Shown here one piece after another: positions 37,101 to 50,109 of a stretch of DNA of 64,000 nt. The notes under the pieces are model-generated. The model saw only the letters and a program-made list of their open reading frames with translations. It had not been told where the DNA came from and did not search any database. How positions within the stretch are numbered: position 1 is the first letter of the stretch; each line of letters begins with the position of its first letter. The position numbers were made by a program, and so were the translations under genes. Origin of the DNA: Prorocentrum cordatum (taxonomy: Eukaryota); contig CAUYUJ010000203.1 of NCBI GenBank assembly GCA_963575745.1, positions 372,001 to 436,000 of the forward strand, written 5' to 3'.

Positions 37101-40100
37101 CTTCGGGAACAGGGTCGTAGCGTAGGGCCTTAGGGCCTCAAGCCTTAGAGTCTCAAGGTCTGCAGGCATTAAGTCCGGCACTCGGGTACTCACAGCATTA
37201 AGGTTTTAAGGTGTTCGGGTAGTAGGGTCTTAAGGCCTGCGGGTGATAGGGCTTTCGGGCATTAGGGCCTTCGGGCATTAGGGTGTTAAGGTATTAGGGC
37301 AATGGGGTGTTAGGGTATTCGCGTATTCGGGCACCTGAGTGTTAGAAAGGATTGCATTTCGATACTTAGGGTCGTCCAGTCTTAGGGTCTTAAGGCATCC
37401 GGGTCGTAGGCTACTGGAACGGGGCAGTAGGGTATCAGGGGCTTGGGGCCTTCGGGTCTTGACCTCCTAGGGTCTTAGGGTCTTAGGGCCTTAGGGTCTT
37501 AGGCTTGAGGGCGTTATGGTCTTAGGAAATTAGGGTATGAGGGCCTCCAGGCCTTACGAACTTGAAGCGTTAGGGCCTTTGGAGGCTAATGTCTTTGGTT
37601 TTTTTTTTTTTTTTTTTTTTTAAACAAAAAAATCGGGTCTGCAAGTGCTAGAGCCTTCGGATGTTCGGAATTTGCGGTCTCAGGGCCGTCGGGAATTAGG
37701 GTCTTAGGGCAATCGGGTATTATGGTATCAAGGTAGTAATGCATTCGTGTAACAGTGTATGCGGGGACTCGGTCAGCCGGGCCTGAAGATGCTAAGGTAG
37801 TCGGGCCTTAGAGCATTGAGGTAGCATGTGTTAGGGTCTTAGGGCCTTCGGGTAGGGTTTCAGGATGATGGGACTCAAGGGTCTCAGGGTCTGAGCGTCT
37901 TTCGGGTATTCGGCTATCAGGGTGTCCGGGTATAGTAGTACCAGGGTATCATATGTGTCATGGTATTGTGGCAATCGGGCCCCAGGGTCTTAGAGTCATG
38001 GGGCTTCAGGGCATTCAGGTTTTAGGTGTTAAGGGTCTTCTGGTCCTCGGACATTCGGGTCTGAGACTATTTGGGGGTTAGGGTCTTAGGGTATTCGGGC
38101 ATTCATGGATTACGAGATCAAGGTATCAGGGTATTCGCCTAATCGGGTCTTCGTGTCTTAGGGTCTCGGGGAATCAGGGTCCTCGGGCTCTAGGGTGTTA
38201 GAGCCTTAGAGCCGCAGGATCTTAGAGCCTCATGACATGAGGGTCTTCAAACCTGAATGCATTAGGGCCGTAGGGTGTTCGGATATGTACGTATCACGGT
38301 ATTCGGTGTGTTAGGGTCTTGGGTATTAGGGCCTTGGGGTGTTAAGATCTTAAGGTCTTACGCCTTCAGGGTATTAGGGCCTTCGGGCCTTTGAGTCTTA
38401 GGGTATTAGGCCTGAGGGCCTTAGGGTACTATGGCCTTAGGGGTTTAGGATATTCTGGTCTTGGGGTATTAGGGCCTTCGGGTGCTAGACTCGTAAGCCC
38501 CTAGGGTCCTCGGGCCCCAGGTCTCAGGGTACTAGGGCATTCGGGTATTAGGGCGTTCAGGTGTTAATGTATACTGCATTAGGGTCTGAGGGCATTGAGG
38601 TATTATGCATGAGAGTATGAGGGTCGTAGGGTCGTATTGTCTTAGGGTGTTATGGTATTACGGCCTTGGCGTATCGGTGTATCAGGCGTTAGCCTCTTAG
38701 GTAGTAGGGTCTTAAGGTGTGGAAGCCTTCGGGTATTAGGAGATGAGGGTCCTGGGGCATCGGGCCATTGTGGTACTACTGTATGAAGGTATCAGCGTAC
38801 TACGGTATTCGGGTGTTAGGGCGAGGAAGTGCTAGGGCCTTTGGGTCTCAGGGTCTTACGGTGTGAGGGACTTTTGGGTCTTAGGGACTTAGGGTGTTAG
38901 GGTCATACGGTATTAGGGTATCAGGGCCGTCTGGTCTCAGGGCCTCAGGGTGTTATGCCCTGAGGGCTTTAGGGCATGATTGCATCAGGGTATTACTGTA
39001 TTATGGTCTCAGGGTGTTAGGGCCTCAAGGTCTTAGGGTATTGGCGTTCTAGGGTAGGAGGGCGTTCGGGTGCTAGGGTATTGGAATATTATGGTGTTAG
39101 GGTGTTCGGTCGTTAGGGCATCAGGGTATTCGGGTATTCGGGCATCAGCGTCTCAGGGTATCAGGGCGTTGAAGTCTTCGGGTCTTGAAGTTTTCTGGCT
39201 TTAAGGTCTGAGGTTGCCGGGGCTTTTAAGTCATAGGGTGAGATGGTAGTGTGGTACTACTGTGTTTGCGCGTTCGCGTCTTAGGGTAATAGAGCATTCT
39301 GGTGTTCTAGTGTTAGGTTATTTGGGAAACAGGGTATGAAGGTATCAGTATATCAAGGCATTCGGGAATTATGGCCTTTTGGTTTTGCGGTATCCGTGCG
39401 TCAGGGTTTTAGGGTATTCGGGTATCAAGGCATCAGGGTATTAGGGCGTTCGGGTGTAACTGCCTTTGGGTATTAAGGTGTTCGCGTGTTAGGGTATGAG
39501 ACAATTGGTGTCTTGGGGTCTCAGGGTATTGGGGCATTCGTGTGTAAGGGCGTTCGCAGGTTAGTGTAGTAGGGTATTGGGGTCTTCGGGTGTTCAGGTG
39601 TTCGGGCATGAAGGTATTGAGATAGCAGGGGATCAAGGTATTAGGGTATTAGGGTATCAATGATGAAATTGGGGTTCTGGTGTTAGGCCATCCGGGTATT
39701 AGGGTCTTAGGGTGTGAGGGTGGTAGGGCTCTAAGATGTTGGGGTCTTGGGGTCGAAAGGTCTGTGGGAATTAGGGTCTTACGGTATTGGGACTTTAAGG
39801 TATTAAGGTATTAGGGTCTTTGGGATTTAGGGTACTTGTGTATTGTGGTATCAGGGTGATCTGGTATGATGGTATACAGGAATTCATGTGTTAGCATAAT
39901 CAGGCATCCGAACATTAAGGCATTGGGGTGTTAGGGTATGGAGACCTTCGGGTGTATGTGTGCTAGATGTTCAACGCATTAGGGTCTTAGGGTCTTAGGG
40001 TTCTGGGGTATTAGGGCCTTCGGGTCTTAAGGTCGTTAGTTGTCCGGATCTTATGGTATTGAGGTATTACGGTGTTCCGGCATCAGGGTCTGCGGACTTG

Positions 40101-40770
40101 AAGGTATTAGGGTTTTGTGGCATTCGGGCGTTCAATAAATATATGGTTTGTGGCATTGGTGGTAGCATGGCAATAAAGCATTATGGTGTTAGGGCAGCAC
40201 GGTATGATGAGGGTCTTAGGGTCTTAGGGTGTTATGGTATTAGGGCCTTCGGGTGTCTGGGTGGCAGGGTCTTAGGGCGTTCGGGTCTTAGGGACTTAGG
40301 GTGTTAGGTTCTCAAGGTCCTATGGTTTTCATATGCTAGGGTCCTATGGGTTTGGCGCCTTAGGGTCTCTGGGCTTTATGATCTTAGGGTGTTCGGGCCC
40401 TGGGGTCTTCGGGTCTTGAGGTGTTCCGGTGTTAGGGCCGTAGGGTATCAGGGTCTTAGGGCGTCAATGTCTCAGGGTAGTATGGTACTAGGGTCTTGGG
40501 GTCCTAGGAGTCTGACGGTCTTAGGGCATTACGGCGTTATGGTCTTGGGGTTAGTAGGTTCTTAGGGTCTTGGGGTGTTAGTGTCCTAGGGCATTCTAGC
40601 ATTATGGAACTAAGGCATTAGAGGCTTAGGGTCTTAGAGTCTTATGGCCTTAGGGTATGCGGGTCATGGGGCATTAGGACCTTAGGGTCTTAAGGCCTTA
40701 GGGCGTTATGGTCTTAGGGTATTAGGGTCGTGGGATCTTAGGATGTGTAGGTATTCTGGTTTTCGGGTGT
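34195..40770 (+). repeat. 6.5-kb degenerate octamer satellite (TTAGGGTC/TTAGGGTA/TTAGGGCA/TTCGGGTA)
   Basis: ~8-bp periodicity with a TTAGGG core, G/T-rich plus strand, almost no ORFs; T25 run at ~37598-37622. Confidence 0.93.
36322..36560. repeat. ~64-bp tandem repeat (about 3.5 copies) embedded in the octamer array
   Basis: cc(a/t)gg(a/g)ca(t/c)g(t/c)g..aa motif at ~36345, 36410, 36473 and 36537. Confidence 0.8.
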
Positions 40771-40809
40771 ATGTTTTTCCGCGTGGAAACGGGCAAACGG
40801 CCCGAAAGA

Positions 40810-40866
40810 CCATCATCACCGAATTCTCATCATCACCATCATCACCACCACCACCAGCATCATCAC

Positions 40867-40952
<86 letters not shown>

Positions 40953-41653
40953 GCACCGTTATCACATCACCATCATCATAATCATCATCTTCATCATCAT
41001 CCTCATCCTCATCATAATCATCACGACCATTCATAATTATCATGTCGTTGACCCCTTGCGAGAACGACATCCGCTGCCCCCTCGAACGAGAGCCGCCGAG
41101 CATGCTGGACTGGCACGGTGGCAATTTGTTTCTCAGGCAGATCGATATTTACACATCCGCTACGCGGATGGAGGACGGATGTTTCCAAGACGGGGCTTTG
41201 GACTGAATGGCAGGCCGATGGGGCGTTACCTTTCAAGGGGGGAGTTCCCGCAGTGCAAAAGGAACGTTTGTATGGGGATTCTGCGGAGGGGTCTTGGGAC
41301 AGGAGGGTGTATTGCAGAATCATTGACGCATCCTGGGTTTACTCGGATCCTCCTCGTCCTTCCCCGCCTCCTCTCTCTTCTCTGTCATCCTCTATGCCCC
41401 TCCATCCTCATACTAGCTCCCATTCCCTAGGTCTCAACCCGTGTTCCCTTCTCATGGTTCCTGGCTTCTGCGGATGCTCAGGCAATCCAGGCAATCGCGT
41501 CTGTTCCTGTTACCTGTTAGTGCTGCTGTTGCTGCTACGGGCACTGTTGTAGTTCCTCCTCCTCCCCCTCCGCCTCCTCATCATCATCGTCATCGTCATC
41601 GTCGTCGTCTTCGTCGTCGTCGTCATCACCATCATCATCGCCGCCACCCCGAA

Positions 41654-41729
<76 letters not shown>

Positions 41730-42140
41730 GTCATCGTCATCATCATCATAATCGCCATCATCACCATCATCATCACCATCATCATCTGCACCACCCACCT
41801 TCATCAACATTTACATCACCCCAACCATCACCATCACCATCAGCATTGCCATTAGCGTCATCATTGCCATCATCCTTATCACCATCAGCATCATTATCAT
41901 CACCATCAGCATCCTCATCCTCATCCTCATCCTCATCCTCATCCTCATCCTACTCATCATCCTCATCCTCATCCTCATCCTCATCCTCCTCCTCCTCCTC
42001 CTCCTCCTCCTCCTCCTCCTCCTCATCATCATCATCATCATCATCATCATTCTCATCATCATGCTCGTCGTCATCATTATCATCAGCAACACCATCAACA
42101 AACTCAGATTCGTCATCACCATCAATACCGTCATGTTCAT
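40810..42140. repeat. (CAT)n/(CGT)n/(CCT)n microsatellite blocks
   Basis: Direct reading; interrupted by unique sequence at ~41040-41550. Confidence 0.9.
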
Positions 42141-42999
42141 GCGCTGGCAGCACAACATGCGCCGGAAGCAAGACGGCGCGCTCGGGCGCCTGCCCGCCCC
42201 CCCCCCCTCGGGGAGCTCTACCCGGGACCCCCCAGGCGATACCCCCCGGCAATTCCTCCCCCCCCCAGGGCCCCCCCTCTGGGGCCTCCCCGCTCCCCTT
42301 GCCCTCGCGCCCTCCCCAGGCCCCTTCCCCCCCCCCCCCTCCTCCCCGAGGGGGAAAACAAAAAGACTCGAGGGGGAAAAACAAATGCCTCCGAGGAGGG
42401 GGGGAAAACAGCTTCGAGGCCCCCGGGCCCTCCCCCGCTCCCCCCCCCCGAGGATGAACAAAAACTCGAGAAGGGAACAAAAATCTCCGAGGGCCCGGAC
42501 GGCCGCAGCGGCCCGCGGGCCGCGACCTGACCAAGACTCAGAGAGCCCGCGGCGGCCGCACCAAGACGGCGCAAGAGAGCCCCATGACAGCCCATGGGGT
42601 CACAAAGGACCACCAAGACTGCTCCACCCGAGCCCAAGACAGCCACAATACGGCTCAAAATGAGCATCATGAGAGACCGTCAAAAACTGAAAACGAAAGG
42701 AGCCACATGCGACGGCCTTCCGGGCTTGTGCTGCGGTCAGAACTTGTTTGTTTAGCGTGTCGCGGCGGCGACCCCTACGACACGCAATGCCCTGCAAGCG
42801 GATGGAGTGTCACGCCGCTTCGCTGGGCTGGAGGGCTGGAAAATGCTCGGGACACGGTGAAGAGCACTATTCGGATGACCCGCCCCAGAACTTCGTCACG
42901 AATGTGTGGCCTCCTGGCGAGCTCCCTATGGGGCCAGGAAACGTGTGAGGGGTGTGCCGAAACAGAGACATGCGGAGGGCACAGACGATGTGGCAGGAA

Positions 43000-43115
43000 G
43001 GAGGAGGAGAGAAGGGGAGGAGGAGAGAAGGGGAGGAGAGGAGGAGGAGAGGAGAGGAGAGGAGAGGAGAGGAGAGGAGAGGAGAGGAGAGGAGAGGAGA
43101 GGAGAGGAGAGGAGG
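43000..43115. repeat. (GGAGA)n pentanucleotide repeat
   Basis: Direct reading. Confidence 0.95.
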
Positions 43116-43899
43116 ACGCGGGGCGCTGCCTCCTCAAAACGAGGACCCAACACCACAGGATGGTTGGGACAAAAGCACAGAGCGAGAGCGAGAGAGGGAG
43201 AGAGAGGGATGGGGAGAGAGGGGCAGAAGGCCACAGGGGAAGCGCAGGGCAGCGGCCTGGAAGCCGCGCTTGGGGTGGTACCCGCGGTTGCTGCTCTGCG
43301 AGTGGGGACTGCGGCCCGCGCCGAGGCTGCAGGCACACCGGCCGCCCCACGCACTCCACCGCCGACTGGCTTACTCTCCGCCTGCTCCCGCACAACCGTT
43401 GTTGACTCTTGACTCTTGCGCAGAAAGGCAACTCCTGGGAGGTATTCGTCAGAACGATTACGGGCGATAAGCCAAAGGAAGGGGCCACTGAGCTCGAACA
43501 GGCCGGACTAACCCTGGAATCAAGCCAGAGTGAGCCCGGGATACAGCCGGATACAATGAGATGAAGCTGGACGAGGCCAAACTAGGACAGTTTTCGACCA
43601 GGGGAATAAAAGCGCCGATGCTGTATTTTGCCTTCCAGGAGTTGCATCCCAACCTGAGGTGCCATCCGCGCCATCGTCGTCGCCCTCCTCCGTCCAGCGG
43701 CGCCCTCGCCTCCCGAGGAGGATGAGACACAAAGGGCAGAGGGTCAAGGGCGCAATCGCGCGACCCCAGTTCCCGTTTGACCTTGCACGTTCGTGGCGGG
43801 GTGCCAGCGGTCGCGGTATCATTCATCACTAGCCGCTTCCAACATTCACAAACTCGCGAAGCTGAGACTTGCGCTACAATCAACCTCTTGATCACCGAT

Positions 43900-43967
43900 C
43901 ATGGTCATCATCGTCACCACCATCAACAACAATAATCGCAATCGACACCATCATCAACATTACAATT

Positions 43968-44012
<45 letters not shown>

Positions 44013-44017
44013 ATCAG

Positions 44018-44048
<31 letters not shown>

Positions 44049-44126
44049 GACACCATCCTCATCGTCATCTTTATCAGCACCACCACCATCATCATCACCA
44101 CCATCGCCCCCGCCATCATCCCCACC

Positions 44127-44160
<34 letters not shown>

Positions 44161-44226
44161 TCACCATCATCAACATCATACTCATAATCAGCGCCGTCAT
44201 CATCAACATTAGTAGCACAGCATCAG

Positions 44227-44268
<42 letters not shown>

Positions 44269-44390
44269 TATCATCATCATCATCATCATCCGCAGCATCA
44301 TCATCATCATCATCATCATCATCATTATTATCATCATCATCATCATCATCCGCAGCATCATCATCATCATCAGCAGCATCATCACCTTCA
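43900..44390. repeat. (CAT)n microsatellite abutting the LINE 5' end
   Basis: Direct reading. Confidence 0.95.
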
Positions 44391-44406
44391 TAATCTCGAG
44401 CCACTT

Positions 44407-45643
44407 TTGCTCGAGCATTTTGCGCGAGCAGCTGACCTGCGCCTCTACGGGGTGCTTGGGGGACCACGCCCAAAGAGTTCTTTCCATCGGATTCTTGCTG
44501 TCGCTGACGAGCACTGGGAGCTTCGAATATCTGCCACCAGTCGTGCGTATTATCAGTGCAAGGCTTGCCACAAGTTCGAGTGGAACGATCGCTTGCTCAA
44601 GAACGGTTCCTGTTGTTCCCACTGCAATGACAAGGTCAAGCACTATGTGCCAAAGTCGCAGAAGGGCGGCAAAGGAGTTCAGTCCGAGCAGGTGGGTGGG
44701 AAGGACGTCCAGGAGATCGGGCTCGATCGGCTGCTGCAGCAAGTGGTGGCGAAGACGGAGTCTACCGCGCTCAAAGAAGCGGTCTCTGCGGAGCTGGTCA
44801 AGCTCCAGGCGCCAAGGCGCGAGACCATCGCCCCGGGCACGGAGGCCGAGGCGGTCGGAAGCGCCACGGGAGTGTGGCGCGACGCTGATCACACACATTC
44901 ACAAGCAGTCGCAGCAGTGGTGAGATTACAGGACGGTCGGACCATTGCGATGGAGAAGGAGGTTCAGGCCGCGCAGGTTCTGGCGCAGGCCGAAAATGGG
45001 GAGAGGGCGGTCACCGAGGCGTTGGCGCGCGCGGAGGGCATCACCTTCGACACGGCCGATGCCAGTCAGGGAGCCGCCAACCAGCCGAAGTTCCAGGTCA
45101 CTTGGAATGAGATGCTGTTCCACGGGCTCGACGAGCTGGAGCGCGAGGAGACGGAGCGCCAGGGGCTGCGCCTCGTCCGCGCCCAGCTGCAGGAACTCGC
45201 TGAGCGCCCAGGAGTCCGACATCCAGGTGATGCTGGAGAAAGCTGCCGCGGTGCGCGAGGAGGTCGACGACCGCCTCGCGAAGAGAAGGAAGACGACGGA
45301 GGGCCAGACGACCCCAGGTGGAGGGCGCGACCAGGGCGCCGCAGGTGGGGGCTCCACGCCCGGGGCCACTCAGGCGGCCGAGGCGGGGGCCGCTGCCGCC
45401 GCCGCGCCCGCCGCCAAGGCCGAGGCCGAGCTGCGCGTGCAGGAGCAGATCGAACGGGAGGCGGCCAATCTGTCGTCGGCCAAGTTCGCGGCCCAGCGCG
45501 CGGCGCCGGAAGAGCAGAAGGCGACCCTCAGCAGGTCCATGGGCAAGGGCAAGGGCAGAGGCAACCGCGAGGGAATGGGCAGCGGAGATCCAAATGCACA
45601 TGCAGCTGGCGGGCCTGCCGCGAGCGACACCGACGAGCTGTGA
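44407..45643 (+). pseudogene. LINE ORF1-like (CxxC-x13-CxxC zinc ribbon plus coiled-coil), frameshift near 45200
   Basis: CKAC...CSHC, then A/E/Q-rich helices; continues in the 44945-45643 frame (DIQVMLEKAAAVREEVDDRLAKRRK). True start codon uncertain. Confidence 0.65.
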
Positions 45644-45860
45644 CTAGGCCCTGCAGAGGCCGAGGAAGGCCACCAGTCGGGACATCCAGTTATTTTTCCT
45701 GAATTTGACGGTGATATCCACCAAGTGTTGGGGCAACTTGCGGAGGCCCAATCCGTAAGGGCTTCGCCCCATGCCGCCGGCCCCCTGTCTCGGATAATCG
45801 GAGACGCAAAAACTAAATCATGAGGTCTGGGCGCCGCCGTGAAGCAGTGTCGGGACCTCT

Positions 45861-46460
45861 TGACCCTACGGATCTGCGTCACGGGTGCCACCGAATTTCG
45901 AAAATGTAGCAAATCCCTTGTGTTTTTGGGCCCTGACCCTACGGATCTGCGTGAAGGGTGCCGCCGGATTTTAGAAATGTAGCAAATCCGGTTTGTTTTT
46001 GGACCCTGACCCTGCCGATCTGCTTGAGGGACGCCGCCGACTTTCCAAAATGTAACACATCCCCTGTGTTTTTGCACCCTGACCCCGCCGATCTGCGTGA
46101 GGGGCGCCACCGGATTTCACACATGTTGCACATCCCCTGTGTTTTTGCACCCTGACCCCGCCGATCTGCGTGAGAGGTGCCACCAGATTTGTTAAATGTG
46201 GCAAATCATGTGTTTTTGCGCCCGTACCCCGCCGATCTGCGCGAGGGGCGCCACCGGATTTCAAACATGTGGCAAATCCCATGTGCTTTTGCACCCTGAC
46301 CCCGCCGATCTGCATGAGGGACGCCGCCGAATTTCAAAAATGTGGCAAACGCCATGTGTTTTTGGACCCTGACCCCGCCTATCTGCGTGACGGGTGCTAC
46401 CGGATCTCAAACATGCCTGTGTTTTTGGACCCAGACCCCGCCGATTTGCGTGAGGGGTGT
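45861..46460. repeat. 73-bp minisatellite (~8.5 copies) at the left end of a ~2-kb insertion (45861-~47915) in LINE ORF2
   Basis: tgaccc...gatctgc unit at 45861, 45934, 46007, 46080, 46153, 46224, 46297, 46370 and 46433. Confidence 0.92.
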
Positions 46461-47914
46461 CAAGTTTTACCCACCCCAGAAATTCAGAGCACACGCTCAG
46501 GGCGTCGTGAAAATGCCCGTTTTGGGCCTCCCCCCCTCGCGCGGTCCATCAACAAGGAACAGTAAGCAGCAAGAAGCAGAACTGTAACAAAGAACAATGA
46601 GCAGCAAAAAGCAGACAGTAACAGTGGAAACTGGAAGCTACAACTGGCACAGGAAATTGCGAAGCTTCGGCCTACAGCCGGGTGGCCCCACAAGGGTAGG
46701 AACCAGAAACAGCACACACCCAGGATTTTCACACGAAGGGGTTTTTTGGCACCACCAACGGTGCAACGCATGTGCACACGTGCGAGTGGATCCCCAGCGA
46801 TCCGACCCAGGGTTGATGCACGGCCGCGCTCTAGGATGCAGTTGGCATGCATGGTGTGGCAAGGCTGTCGGCGGCGACAAGATCCCAGGATCCGCTACCA
46901 ACTAACATTCCATGGTGGTTTGGCACAGCCATCCATGGTGGTTTGGCACAGCCAAACCACCGTGCAACGTCAGTTTGTTCATCCTTTGACAGCAGCACTC
47001 GTCGCGGCAGCAGAAAGCAGTGGCGCGCGCGGGCATGCAGGGCCGGCGATGTGGCTGGCCAGCTGCCAGCGCGATTTCGGCAGAAGAGCCGAAATCCACG
47101 CAGGATCGCTTTGGGCGCGGTATCCGGCGCAGCTGCATCGCGCTGCCAGGCGCCGCGGCCTTGCGATTGTAGCGCCAGGCCCCGCGCGCCCCTCGAGGCG
47201 GGAAAGCAAGCTCCACACAAAGGAATCGCGCGTGCTCTTGTGGGGGCGGCGAAAACGATCGCACGCAAAAGAAATTCCTTTGTGCGCCCCCCGCGTTGAC
47301 AGTGTAACCAGACCGCACGCAAAGGAATTGCACGAGACGTCATGGCACACAAAGTAATTACACCAACGCCCTTCGGGTTGCCCTCTTCGCGCGCGGTGAC
47401 AGCTCCGAGCTGGCAAGGAAGGGGGGGCGGGGCAAGGCACAGCAGGGGCAAAGGAAAAAGAAGAGGAGGGCGAGAAAGAAGCGAAGGAAGCAACGAAAGG
47501 AAGCCAGGATGCGCGCAAGTGAAGCTAACACTGCGCGCCGAGACAGTTGTTCATTCGTTCGGTTGGCCGCGCGGCAGATGAATAGAAAAAGAATTGTTTG
47601 CTGCCTATCGAAAGGACTTCTTGGGAATGAGACCCGCGCTCTCTTCCCGACCCCCTTTCCCGCGCCCCGTTGCGAGCGCGCGACGAGTTGTTCTGGCCCG
47701 CGGGCAGAGGACTGCCAATTGCTGGTGGGCGGACTTTCCACCCGTCACGCGTTCCGAACACACGCGGCCGGCCAAGCGAACTTGCCACGCACACCGCCAG
47801 CCCCAAAGACCGACGCCGTACCGATCCCCGCACCCGTGCCAGGCACCCTCTCAACGACGCCCCCTTCCGGCGTAAAACCAATAAAACCCTTTGCGTTTAT
47901 GTGTTCTTCCCTGT

Positions 47915-48560
47915 TCTGAAAGGGGGCCGGCGGATTTCGATTTCCCTGGGGTGTGCGAGACTCATGTTGTCGAGTCGCAATTCAAATCGTGGGATAAGAA
48001 AGCCAGAGGGGCTGGCTATAGCTTACTTGCCAACCATGCGAGAGCGAAGAAGAAGCGCGCAAGTGCTACCATGATCCATCGGTCTTGTGAAGGAGGCGAG
48101 TGGCTTTTGGCTCGGCGGCATTTGCAAATGCAAAATGTTCTTAACAAGTCCACGGCGATGAAGCCGAGGGCCCCTGGCCACTCTGCACTCGATGGCTTCC
48201 AAGCGGTCATCGCCCACGCGCAGGGGTACAGCGCGATCATTGACGTTCTTATGGCCCCCCAAGCGCGCAGTTCAGGGGAGGCAGCGTCAGTCGTTGCCAG
48301 GAGTCGGGCGCCATGATCAACTCGTGTCAGTGGCCGTGGAACGTCACTGGTGATTGGGATGTAAAATCGGAGATCACGCGTCGGTCTCGATTCTTCGGTC
48401 GTCTGCTCGGCGAGCCGTGCTTGCTGGAGGCGGGGAAGTTTGCGGTCGCTTGCGAGTCTGGCGAGACGGGCTCTATCATCGACTACGTCATCTACGTCAT
48501 CTGATCCCAATCGGCCAAGGGATACATAGTCCGTCAACGGTGCCGTGAAAGCCCCGCGCG
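47915..48560 (+). pseudogene. APE-type endonuclease remnant of LINE ORF2
   Basis: GVCETH (QET-type motif), PWNVTGDWD (GDFN-type), IIDYVI (IDY-type). Confidence 0.82.
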
Positions 48561-50109
48561 GGGCTGCTGGCGTCGCTGCGGGCCTCGGGCGAGCAGTTGC
48601 TCGCGCGCCCCCGCGGAGGTGCCGAGGCCGCTGCCCCGGGCAAGGCGGCCGCGAGCTGCCCCGCAAACGGGCTCGAAGCGCAGTCGTGCTCGCAAAGAAA
48701 AAGCAGAAGGACAGGCCCAGATGAAGGAAGCTCAGAGACGATGTTTCGAGCGCTATTTCGGTGGCGCGTTGAAGGGCGTCGGAGGGAGCGGGGTGCGCGA
48801 CGGGCGCAGTGCCGGGAGCCCCCCTGACCTCGACGAGAACCCCGGTCAGGACCCCCGGTGTTTCTTGGAGGCTCAGCATGGACGGGCCCCGCTCGAAGAG
48901 GAGGAGGGCCCCTGGGCCCGCGAGACTGAGTTTGCGAACAATGGCGGTCGCCCTTCTGCGCCCCTGGGACCCAGCGCGCCCGCGCCGCCAGAGCTCCATT
49001 CCCATGTCTCGGGGAGGGCTGCGCGCACTGCCACGGTTGATAATTCGGGCCATTCGGGGAGGGTCGGCCCTGCGACGGGCCAGGAGCGGAGCTCTCGCGT
49101 CTTCCCGGCGGGGGCGTTCGCCCCTGACCAGGGGTTCGACCTTCCGATGCCCAGTGATCCCGGCACGCAGCCCCGCGCCCCCCGCTTCGGCAACCCAATT
49201 CGGACCTCGGAGCGATGCGAGTGACCGTCGCCTGTGAGGTTTCGTGTGTCTGGGGAAGTTTGGTCTCGGAGCAGAGCCGAGATTGGGTGCGCGCCAGGCG
49301 CCCGATGTCCTGCTCGCCCCTCGGTCATCTCCGCCGTAGCCTTTCTACGGATCAGGGCCCTGTTCGCGCAGTCAGTTCCCCGTGCGCTTCCCGGGTGCGA
49401 TTGGCGCAACTCTCACTGCGCGAGCACCGCGGTTGTCAAGGCATATCCAAGGTCAGCCGCAGCGCCATTCGGCGCGGCTTCGCGCGGCGGCCCCGCGCGA
49501 TCATATTGCAAGCTGGCGGGCTCGACTCCACGCGCCACTTCGCAATTCGGGGCGCCATTCGCAGCGTCAGAACGGCAGCAGGCAGGGGGACCCTATATTT
49601 TCACATCAATTGGCGGGCTAGCCTCAGAGTACCCAGCGCAGGCGCACGCGGGGCTGCGAATGCGAGCGCAGCTACGGGGTGGCCCATCGCGGCGGCGATG
49701 GCGCAATCCCACCAGCCCCTTGGGCGTGAGTGGTTTAGAGAGCCCGCTCTGTCCTCAACCCCCCTTCTTCCTCTTCGGGGAACGGTTTACCCCTCCCCCT
49801 ACCCCCTCCCCCTGGGCCTGGAGAGGGGGTTCCGCGGGTCGTTGGAAGGGTCTTTTCCGACTCCTGGGAGGGCTAAAACACGACGACCCTCACGAGGATT
49901 CTGGCCCCGACGGGGGGGGGAGTTAGGCCCCTCTGCTCTTCTTCGAAGCCAACAGCATTGCTTTTACTACGGTTTTGGCCCCATGTTGGCCTCCTGCGGG
50001 GGCCGCGCTCATCTACCTTCATAGCAAAATCATTGATTTTACAAAAAGGTTTTGGCCTCAATTTGTCCTTTTTCAAGGGGCAGCTCTCATTTGCGCTTAT
50101 GAGGAGGTC

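Noticed and set aside
34195..40770. True telomere
   Set aside because: Internal, highly degenerate, 8-bp unit, flanked by other sequence on both sides.
40743..42670. His-, Ser-, Asp- or Met-rich ORFs (also at 20.8, 24.9, 43.9 and 54.1 kb)
   Set aside because: Translations of (CAT)n and (CCT)n tracts.
45861..46460. CRISPR-like regular repeats (also 50330-50700)
   Set aside because: The intervening segments are homologous or too short to be unique spacers; no cas genes; eukaryotic context.
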